From positions 84,784 through 148,783 of IMG/VR virus record IMGVR_UViG_3300044998_001357: 64,000 bases of DNA. The stretch is one strand, 5' to 3'. Positions 56,714 to 63,584 of this stretch are shown piece by piece; the stretch's first letter is position 1; the number at the start of each line of letters is the position of its first letter. This DNA is from a virus. The notes below the pieces were generated by a model that saw only the letters and a program-made list of their open reading frames with translations, ran no database searches and was not told the DNA's origin. The translations under genes were made by a program, and so were the position numbers.

Positions 56714-57840
56714 AACTCCATTTTGGTCGGGTTGGCCGGCAACAACGGACAACGACTCATGTCTGCATACACCATCCGCTTAACCAGTTGCGTAAAGTTA
56801 ATCTCGGGCTTCCATCCGAGCTTTTGGTGCGCTTTGGTGGCCAGTCCCCGCAGATAGGGGACTTCGCACGGTCGGTCGTGTTCAGAGCTGTAGGCGACCT
56901 GGTAATTTTCGATGCCGGCAACCGCAAAGGCCTCGCGGTAAAACTGCTCAACCGAGTGGGTTTCCCCGGTAGCCAGGACATAGTCGTCGGGGGTCTCCTG
57001 CTGGAGCATGAGCCACATCCCACGGACATAATCCTCGGCATGTCCCCAGTCGCGTTTGGCGTGGATATTACCCAGTTCCAGTACGGGCAGAGGAAGCCCC
57101 CTGACTTGTTGCTCGGCGCAACGGGCGACATGCATGGAAATTTTCCGGGTTACGAAGTTCTCGCCCCGGTATTCCGACTCGTGGTTGAAGAGAATACCTG
57201 AGCAGGCGAAAAGACAATAGCTTTCCCGGTAGACTCGCACCAGGTGGTGCGCGGCCAGCTTGGCGATGGCGTAGGGGGAGTTGGGAAGCATGGGGGTTAA
57301 TTCGTCCTGGAAGGGTTCGAAATAGAAGGCCCGGTGGGACGACGGCATCCCTTGCGGAAAATCGCGTCGTTGTCCCTGGTAACCTTCGGGGTCGCCCAAA
57401 TCAGGAGCTTTCCGGGCACTGCAGGCCGAGCCAAACATCTCGCTACTGCCGGCCTGATAAAATCGCACTTTGTGACGAGGCGTAATGGAGTTAATGGCCT
57501 CCAGACAATTAAGAGCCCCCAGGTAGGTGGCGTTGGTGGTATGGGTCGGCTCGTGGAAGGAGTCGCCGACGTGGGACTGAGCAGCGAGGTTGTAGATTTC
57601 AACATCCGACTGCGAGGCTACCATCGAGATGATGCGATGAACCGAGGCGGCATCGGTCACATCTCCCCGAACGGAACGGTACTCCGGATAGAGGGTTACT
57701 CCCAGACGAGTCAGTCGCTCGTTGTTGGGGAGACTGGTGCGCCGACTGACACCAAAGACCTCGTACCCCTTCTGGAGCAGGAAACGCGCCAGATAAGCCC
57801 CGTCCTGACCGGTGACGCCAAAAATAATCGCCTTTTTCAT
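56710..57840 (-). CDS. gmd: GDP-mannose 4,6-dehydratase
   Basis: GVTGQDGAYLA, YNLAAQSHV, SSEMFG, SPYAIAK, GILFNHES, FVTRKI, RDWGHA; RBS GAGGAG. Confidence 0.95.
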   Translation of the reverse strand: MKKAIIFGVTGQDGAYLARFLLQKGYEVFGVSRRTSLPNNERLTRLGVTLYPEYRSVRGDVTDAASVHRIISMVASQSDVEIYNLAAQSHVGDSFHEPTHTTNATYLGALNCLEAINSITPRHKVRFYQAGSSEMFGSACSARKAPDLGDPEGYQGQRRDFPQGMPSSHRAFYFEPFQDELTPMLPNSPYAIAKLAAHHLVRVYRESYCLFACSGILFNHESEYRGENFVTRKISMHVARCAEQQVRGLPLPVLELGNIHAKRDWGHAEDYVRGMWLMLQQETPDDYVLATGETHSVEQFYREAFAVAGIENYQVAYSSEHDRPCEVPYLRGLATKAHQKLGWKPEINFTQLVKRMVYADMSRCPLLPANPTKMEL

Positions 57841-57841
57841 A

Positions 57842-58681
57842 TCACTCCTCCTCTCCATACTCCAAGGTATCGGCAGATAAAATAGGTAAGTCTTCGCTAT
57901 TGTCTTCGTACTTAAACGGCTTACCAAAATTCTCGTGGGCTTTCTGGCCGGCGAGTCGCATCAACTCCATCTCACGGCCCTCGCGGGCCTTGGCATCGCG
58001 CTGCTGGAGCATCTTGATGATAGAGATAAGATTGGTCTTGCTGCCCTCGATTTCCTTGATACGCTGGTCGCGAATGGCCTTAAGTGATTTCATCAACGAC
58101 TCGTGCCGCTCCTGCAGCTTCACGTACTCGTTGGTTCGACTTTGCTCAGCCGAGCGGTACGCATTCAACTGGTTTTCTAGATTCGTGGCGTATTCTCGGT
58201 CGCTCTCATCCATCGCGTTGTGGTCTTCAGCGAACTGCTCCAGGTGGTCGCGAAGTACCCGCTCCAGGCGGTCAATCTCATCCCGAGCCCGGCGACGCTC
58301 CTTAAGGTTACGCGCCATCAGTAGTTCATATTTGATTGCCTGGAAAAGTTGCGTCTCTTCAGACGGCAGAACGTCGTCCTTAAACTGACTCATCAGCTTA
58401 ACATACGTCTCTTCAAAATATTTGATTTCTTCGTTGGAGAATTCGTTGCGAAGCATTTTCCACGCCTCGCTTAATCGAAGCTCCTGGCGGATGACCAGTT
58501 TTTTGGCTTCGCTCTCATCAATCTCGCGCATGGTTTCCGGGGCGTGCAACCGAAGAAATTCGGTCACACACTCCACGGTCCGTTTGAGTTTAACAGCGAT
58601 GTCATCGGGTTTCATCGTATCTGACCAGCGGAGAATCAGGTCTTGCTCCGCCTTACTCAATCGGCCCCGTTTAATGTTCAT
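57842..58681 (-). CDS. HTH/coiled-coil protein, candidate terminase small subunit
   Basis: N-terminal HTH (PDDIAVKLKRT) plus long coiled coil, upstream of TerL. Confidence 0.5.
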   Translation of the reverse strand: MNIKRGRLSKAEQDLILRWSDTMKPDDIAVKLKRTVECVTEFLRLHAPETMREIDESEAKKLVIRQELRLSEAWKMLRNEFSNEEIKYFEETYVKLMSQFKDDVLPSEETQLFQAIKYELLMARNLKERRRARDEIDRLERVLRDHLEQFAEDHNAMDESDREYATNLENQLNAYRSAEQSRTNEYVKLQERHESLMKSLKAIRDQRIKEIEGSKTNLISIIKMLQQRDAKAREGREMELMRLAGQKAHENFGKPFKYEDNSEDLPILSADTLEYGEEE

Positions 58682-59252
58682 GGATTACCTCTTTCAGAAT
58701 GGTTCGAACCGCTTCCTCGACCTGCGTGCGTTGATGCTTAGGCACAGAGACGCCATCACGCATCTTCAGATAAAGAGACTGAAGTTCCAAAGGCAGGTGT
58801 TCTCGAATCCGATGGATGAGCTCGCGAACCTCAACATCATCACTTTGTCTGGCCTCGCAGGTGCCCTCGACAAACTCTCCGGGTCGAATGAGGTTAGATT
58901 TGGTTTGGTTGAGCTTCGACCACCGGGCATATCGCTTGCAAAAACCCCCATCAGGCATGCAGGGATTGCCTGAGTGGCATTTCTTGCAGGGAGGGTCGTG
59001 TCGATGGACCTTGTCGCGCACCAGATTGATTAGTCTGTTCCTTACATGAATATATAAGAAATTGGCTAGTGGTCTGGATGGGTCGTATTTACCACTATTG
59101 AGAAGTCTTAATGCGAAGAGTCTCCCGTCCTGCTTGATGTCTTCGATGTCATGATAGCCAAAAACATAGGTCCGAGCTAGAACAGAAACTACTTTATCGA
59201 TAGTCTCCAGCACCTCAGCTTCTGTCTTGCCCGGGGGTAAAATCATCGTCAC
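58671..59252 (-). CDS. Phage sigma70-family factor with Cys/His insert (alternative start ATG 59246)
   Basis: Region 2 pattern DIEDIKQDG...YDPSRPLANFLYIHVRNRLINLVRD; CKKCH...C...C insert; truncated region 4. Confidence 0.75.
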   Translation of the reverse strand: MTMILPPGKTEAEVLETIDKVVSVLARTYVFGYHDIEDIKQDGRLFALRLLNSGKYDPSRPLANFLYIHVRNRLINLVRDKVHRHDPPCKKCHSGNPCMPDGGFCKRYARWSKLNQTKSNLIRPGEFVEGTCEARQSDDVEVRELIHRIREHLPLELQSLYLKMRDGVSVPKHQRTQVEEAVRTILKEVIHEH

Positions 59253-59376
59253 CAGTCTCCGAAAATAGGGCAGCCATCGCCTTCTCTTGGGGCGGGTCAG
59301 GGGTTAGAAGCTCCTGTTCCGTGGGTTTCGCGGCGGAGCCTGAGGCCTTCACGACAAGATGGCAAAAAATATCCAT
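59215..59376 (-). CDS. Small hypothetical protein, 53 aa (not in the ORF track)
   Basis: MDIFCHLVVKASGS...; lies 35 nt downstream of a GGTGTA motif. Confidence 0.35.
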   Translation of the reverse strand: MDIFCHLVVKASGSAAKPTEQELLTPDPPQEKAMAALFSETGDDDFTPGQDRS

Positions 59377-59410
59377 GTATAGTACTCACGATGAGGCGAT
59401 AAAAACCGCA

Positions 59411-59416
59411 TACACC
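59411..59416 (-). promoter_or_regulatory. Candidate late promoter GGTGTA at the head of the sigma/packaging operon
   Basis: TACACC on the + strand at 59411-59416. Confidence 0.45.
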
Positions 59417-59574
59417 GGCTCTTGATTTTTTGAAGCTAACCAGTAAGCTAGTTAGGGCGATACAGATGGGCTAGTGGGGGACTGTTGTGTCTGAACCCCC
59501 GCCGGGTTCTGAGGCCCTCCCCCGGGGCCTGCGCGAGAACAGAAAAACCCCCCCTACCCGTGACGCCAGGAAAA

Positions 59575-59627
59575 AAATTTTCTCTCTCGCGCGCCTCCCC
59601 CCCTATATCTGGGTGAGCCAAACGGAC
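59575..59627 (+). promoter_or_regulatory. Duplicated early promoter, copy 1
   Basis: AAATTTTC-N21-TATATCTGGGTGAGCCAAACGGAC; 28-bp exact repeat 59600-59627. Confidence 0.65.
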
Positions 59628-59680
59628 CGCACGGTGCGGCACACGGGTGGCGGGGCACACGGGACACACGGGGGACGGAC

Positions 59681-59914
59681 ATGATGACGCTGAACCAAAT
59701 CGCGGCACGATTCCATCAGCTCAAGCGAGAGCTCATGGCGACGATGCACGCCGAGGAGTTTGAACTGCGAAGAGCGGTTAGCGGCCTTGGCCTAACCGCA
59801 AAAGAATGCGAAGAAACTCTGGCGGAATGCCTAGAGTTGGCAGGAAACGGCACGGGCGAGATTATCGCTCAAATGGCGGACATGTACGACATGTACGTCA
59901 AATTTTCGAGGTGA
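59681..59914 (+). CDS. Hypothetical early protein
   Basis: 77 aa, RBS GGGGA/GGA, between the two promoter repeats. Confidence 0.7.
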   Translation: MMTLNQIAARFHQLKRELMATMHAEEFELRRAVSGLGLTAKECEETLAECLELAGNGTGEIIAQMADMYDMYVKFSR

Positions 59915-59952
59915 AGCGGTTTCACCCCTATATCTGGGTGAGCCAAACGGAC
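59900..59952 (+). promoter_or_regulatory. Duplicated early promoter, copy 2
   Basis: Same bipartite motif and spacing; 28-bp repeat 59925-59952. Confidence 0.65.
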
Positions 59953-60050
59953 GCAAGCGTAGAGGGAGTCGCGCCCCAACGTCCGGATGGGTGGTATGTC
60001 GCCACCCCAACACAACACCGACATGCCCTCATCGGGCAAAGGGAGATGCT

Positions 60051-60455
60051 ATGCAACTGCAAGACTACACGAAGGCCCAGCTGGTTATGATGCTCGCGGA
60101 CAACGGCGTGACCGCGCCGAAGTCGTGGACGAAGGAGAAATGCATTGAGGCCCTGGAAGGCAAGCGCCTTCCAAAGGGGATGGCAAAGTCGGTAGCCGCA
60201 CTCAAGGCCGAGGCAAAGGCCCGTGGCCTGGCGGGTTACTCGACCATGAACCGGGACCAACTCGTGGAGTACCTGCGGACGGGCGTCCGTCCGCAGAAGG
60301 CCTCCGTCAAGGAAGGCACGATGGACTACCTGCGTCATCTGGCCACGCAGTTCCGCGTCAAGGGCCGTAGCGCGGCCACCAACAAGGCCGCGCTCATCAA
60401 GCTCCTACGGGAGAACGGCGTCAATATCACCCCTGAAGGGAGACGCGCCGCGTAA
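60051..60455 (+). CDS. Protein with three tandem Rho-N/SAP-like (helix-extension-helix) domains
   Basis: YTKAQL...TKEKCIEAL; SVAALKAEAKARGLAGYSTMNRDQLVEYL; TMDYLRHLA...NKAALIKLL; RBS GGGAG. Confidence 0.75.
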   Translation: MQLQDYTKAQLVMMLADNGVTAPKSWTKEKCIEALEGKRLPKGMAKSVAALKAEAKARGLAGYSTMNRDQLVEYLRTGVRPQKASVKEGTMDYLRHLATQFRVKGRSAATNKAALIKLLRENGVNITPEGRRAA

Positions 60456-60776
60456 GGGGCGCTGACGCCACAAGAAGAAACCGTCCGCACGGTGGGAAGT
60501 GCGGAACCCCAGACTGGGTGGGACACCGGAGATGCGGCCTACCGCATCGGACGTAGGTGTTACGGCGGACAACGTCCGCTTGGGGCCGAACGAGTAATCG
60601 TCGGACTTTCCCCTGGGGTACGCGGCATCTGAAAGGACCGCGTCTGGTGTGGCCGTGTGAGGCTTACACCAATCGTCGCACGCCACTAGCTCTACCTTCC
60701 TCGGAAGGGAGCCAGACGTGCAGAGGGGGACCGTAATCTCCTCGCGTCCGAAGGGTACGTCATCACCCTTCGCTAT
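60456..60776 (+). ncRNA. Candidate large structured non-coding RNA (unidentified)
   Basis: ~320-nt gap with no credible sense ORF and many stems (GATGCGG/CCGCATC, GGACGT/ACGTCC, ACGCGG/CCGCGT, TGGTGT/ACACCA, CCTTCC/GGAAGG, CGAAGGGT/ACCCTTCG). Confidence 0.45.
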
Positions 60777-60857
60777 GCAGAGTGGCCCACTCTCCATTGG
60801 GAGAGTGGGTTAATGCCCCAGCACTATGTGGTGTAGTGCTGGCCGTCACAAGGCGGC
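60777..60857 (+). ncRNA. Twister ribozyme, type-P5 permutation, copy 1 (predicted cut U60811/A60812)
   Basis: GCA-GAGUG-[P1 hairpin]-UAA-UGC-CC-[P3]-GCCG-UCACAAGG-CGGC; pseudoknots AC:GU and CC:GG. Confidence 0.85.
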
Positions 60858-60891
60858 ATTCGTGCGGAGACGCCGCTCCGCAAGGTGAACA

Positions 60892-61812
60892 ATGTTTGCA
60901 CTACCAATGGCCCCCACTCGGGGGGCTACCCCAAAAAAGGGGACCAAGGGGTACACACCCATTATGAGCATGGGGAAACTCCATGCTCTCACGAAGCGGT
61001 TGATGTCTGCCGCATCCCTTGAGGATGCGGCAGACATCCTCACTCAGGCAGCTGCTCAGCTGCCCGAGGGGAAAAGAAATTGGCGGTACTTCATACTGGC
61101 CCTCGCTGAGGGCCTACGGACACACAAAACGCCCTTCGCTGTCTTCGCGAAGGGCAACAGTAAGTTGCCATTCTACTCATTCTCCACACTGCCCCAGTAC
61201 ACGTGTCCTGGGGCAGGGGAGTGCCTCGACTTCTGCTACTCTTTCACCGGGTGGCGGTATCCCGCCACCTGGGCTCGCCAGGTACAGAACACACTGTACC
61301 TGCGCTTCCTCCCGGAGGTCATCCGGGAGGCTTTCCTCGGACTACCTAGTGATGTAGTGGTCCGACTATACGTGGATGGCGACTTCGGCAGCCATGCCGA
61401 CTTCGCCTTCTGGATGAACGCCCTAGCCGCCAGGCCCGACATTAGGGCCTACGGGTACTCAAAGTCTTGGGACATCATCTGGGAGTATTCCCGGACTGCC
61501 GCCGTCCCAAACAACTACGTTCTCAACTTGTCCTCTGGGGCAAAACCCCAGGGGGTTAGCAAAGAGCAGATGTTCACTCTCCCCTTTGTGCGGGGGGAGT
61601 TTGTGGCGGTCACCCCTCAGAGCGAGGGGATAGCCCGAGGGTTCAAACGGTACGACGACCCGGCCTACCATCGGGCGGTCAGAGCGGCCGCGAAGGAAGC
61701 CGGGATGGGCAAGGTGTTCTCATGCCCCGGCAAATGCGGGGAATGCTGTGGGGCCAACCATGCCTGTGGCATGATTGGCCTAAAGGTCACAATCGCTATC
61801 GGAACACACTAA
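60892..61812 (+). CDS. GP88-family (radical-SAM-like, Fe-S) phage protein
   Basis: GNSKL...TCPGAGECLDFCY, VRLYVDGDF, YGYSK, C-terminal CPGKCGEC...HAC; alternative start 60964. Confidence 0.75.
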   Translation: MFALPMAPTRGATPKKGTKGYTPIMSMGKLHALTKRLMSAASLEDAADILTQAAAQLPEGKRNWRYFILALAEGLRTHKTPFAVFAKGNSKLPFYSFSTLPQYTCPGAGECLDFCYSFTGWRYPATWARQVQNTLYLRFLPEVIREAFLGLPSDVVVRLYVDGDFGSHADFAFWMNALAARPDIRAYGYSKSWDIIWEYSRTAAVPNNYVLNLSSGAKPQGVSKEQMFTLPFVRGEFVAVTPQSEGIARGFKRYDDPAYHRAVRAAAKEAGMGKVFSCPGKCGECCGANHACGMIGLKVTIAIGTH

Positions 61813-61821
61813 CTAATACGA

Positions 61822-61857
61822 TGTTGCCCACCACTTCTGGGGAGGTGGTGGGCGATA
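61822..61857 (+). other. 16-bp intergenic RNA hairpin abutting the next RBS
   Basis: TGTTGCCCACCACTTC-tggg-GAGGTGGTGGGCGATA, with G-U pairs and no U-tract. Confidence 0.65.
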
Positions 61858-61869
61858 GAGGAGGTTCAA

Positions 61870-62229
61870 ATGAAGTTCCAGTTGAACTGTGTGGAGTTGA
61901 AGCTTGAGCTTGTGTCATCCGGGGACGGATGGCACAATGGGGTTGTGACAACCCCGGATGGGCAGGTTTTCCATGTGGGCGGGGGCTGGACGCATACGCC
62001 AGAGTCTGCCCTCCGCGATAACCACTGCCGTGGATTGGCGGTGGACGCTTGCCCCGGCATTCGCTGGCCGGGGGCGGTCGAAGAGGGGGAATTTGAGGCC
62101 TACGCCGGCGATGATATAGGCGACCTTGACGGCCTGCTTCGGGCCGTCGGCCTCTCAAACGAAGAGAGGCAGCAAGCAGTATGTGTGGTTCAGGACGCCT
62201 CACGCGAGGCGTTCCTGGCTCTAGACTAG
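61870..62229 (+). CDS. Hypothetical acidic early protein
   Basis: 119 aa, RBS GAGGAGG. Confidence 0.75.
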   Translation: MKFQLNCVELKLELVSSGDGWHNGVVTTPDGQVFHVGGGWTHTPESALRDNHCRGLAVDACPGIRWPGAVEEGEFEAYAGDDIGDLDGLLRAVGLSNEERQQAVCVVQDASREAFLALD

Positions 62230-62315
62230 CAGAGTGGCCCGTCCCCCTATAGAGGGGGGGCGGGTTAATGCCCCGGCTTGTCGCATGGTGCGGCAGTCGG
62301 CCGTCACAAGGCGGC
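62229..62315 (+). ncRNA. Twister ribozyme, type-P5 permutation, copy 2 (predicted cut U62266/A62267)
   Basis: Same core; P1 and P3 sequences differ but still pair (UGUCGCA/UGCGGCA). Confidence 0.85.
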
Positions 62316-62357
62316 ATTCACGCGGGGAGCCGCCCCGCGCAGGAGAAGATAAGACCG

Positions 62358-63458
62358 ATGGAAAAGAACATGCTCGTTATCCTCGGGGCATCCGACCCCG
62401 AGATGGCCCTTATCGAAGAGTTGTGCAGGGACTACAGCATCCCCTACGCCTACGCCATCGGGGGTGACGGTCGCCGGGTGCACCCCGGCGACGCCTATAA
62501 GGCATCAGGCCTGCAATGGCCTGGCAAGGCAGGCGGACCCGGGTGGGGGGATGTGACCCACTTGATTGAATGCTCGCCATCCGGCGAGCACCAGGACGCC
62601 ATACGCTCCGATGTGGTGGTGATTGACCACCACCGGCCGGGCGACCCCGGCTATGGTCGTGGTCCCGAGGAGTTCATGGCTGCCTCCTCGGTCGGGCAGT
62701 TCATTGCCGAGCTTGCCCGGCTCGGCATCTACGGATGTCGACATAGCAGTAACGACCCGGCCTACGACCTGTGGGGAGGCCGGGGAAAGGCGTTCGCCGG
62801 AGCAATCGACCGGCGAAAGGATTGGCAGTGGGACTACTATGTAGCCACCACTGCCCCCGCCTCGGGCGGGGTTATTGGTATCTCCTCTCGCGGCGCTCGG
62901 CGGTCCAGCGCCTCCGACATGGAGGCGTACGGGAAACGGGAAGGGGGGATGCTGTCCCCCGACGAGCGGCGCATCCTTGAAGACTCGTCCCCACCAGTGG
63001 AGAAGGTCACACTGCGTTGGGTTGCCATCCTGCAAGACATCGTGAGGGCCGCAGCGGCCGACCATTGCTTGGAGGCCGCATACCGGGGACGGTGCCCTGG
63101 GGTCGACCCCGATGCCCTCATGCGGTGGAGAGCGGACTCCCGTGCCGCTTTCCAGCGTCGGCCTGTCGAGGCCGTGCTGGCCGACATCGAGGCGGCACGG
63201 CAGCGGCTGCGAATGGCTTCATCGGGTGAATTCGCTGACCTGCGAGGGGAGTCTATCCCCGAGCTACCGGAGGCGGCGGCCCGGGAAGGAATTCCGTTCT
63301 TGGCCGACCAGACCGACCGCTCCGGTCGGCGCAAGGTGGTGCTGATGGCGGCACCGGCAGACCTTGTACAGCGGTTCTTGGCCGGGGAAATCGTCCCCAG
63401 CCTGGTGGACCACTACGGCGACCCCGCACGTGGGTTTGCCGGTGGTTACATACAGTGA
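62358..63458 (+). CDS. DHH-motif protein (DHH phosphoesterase-like)
   Basis: Start MEKNMLVILGASDPEM after AGGAG; VVVIDHHRPG; AAADH. Confidence 0.6.
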   Translation: MEKNMLVILGASDPEMALIEELCRDYSIPYAYAIGGDGRRVHPGDAYKASGLQWPGKAGGPGWGDVTHLIECSPSGEHQDAIRSDVVVIDHHRPGDPGYGRGPEEFMAASSVGQFIAELARLGIYGCRHSSNDPAYDLWGGRGKAFAGAIDRRKDWQWDYYVATTAPASGGVIGISSRGARRSSASDMEAYGKREGGMLSPDERRILEDSSPPVEKVTLRWVAILQDIVRAAAADHCLEAAYRGRCPGVDPDALMRWRADSRAAFQRRPVEAVLADIEAARQRLRMASSGEFADLRGESIPELPEAAAREGIPFLADQTDRSGRRKVVLMAAPADLVQRFLAGEIVPSLVDHYGDPARGFAGGYIQ

Positions 63459-63459
63459 T

Positions 63460-63545
63460 GCAGAGTGGCCCGCTCTCCCTATAGAGGGGGGAGCGGGTTA
63501 ATGCCCCAGCACTATGTGGTGTAGTGCTGGCCGTCACAAGGCGGC
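63460..63545 (+). ncRNA. Twister ribozyme, type-P5 permutation, copy 3 (predicted cut U63499/A63500)
   Basis: Same core; 55 nt identical to copy 1 (63495-63549 = 60807-60861). Confidence 0.85.
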
Positions 63546-63584
63546 ATTCAAGCGGGGACGCCGCCCCGCAAGGAGATGAGACCA

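Noticed and set aside
60600-60616. GGAAAGUCCG on the minus strand resembling the RNase P P4 5' strand
   Set aside because: The matching 3' motif (AGAA..CGGCUUA-like) and other RNase P elements were not found
60707-60750. GAGCC... as group II intron domain V
   Set aside because: The stem does not close with the D5 geometry, and there is no D6 or intron-encoded protein
62268-62357. ORF-track N-terminal extension of the DHH protein (start 62268)
   Set aside because: It runs through the ribozyme and has no RBS; the AGGAG-led ATG at 62358 is the better start
59600-63549. Repeats in the early region as a CRISPR array
   Set aside because: Copies are separated by whole genes rather than 30-40 nt spacers, and no cas genes are present; they fit promoters and ribozymes
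60777-63570. Cassettes as intrinsic terminators or hammerhead ribozymes
   Set aside because: No U-tracts after the stems and no CUGANGA/GAAA core; twister motifs explain the conserved unpaired bases
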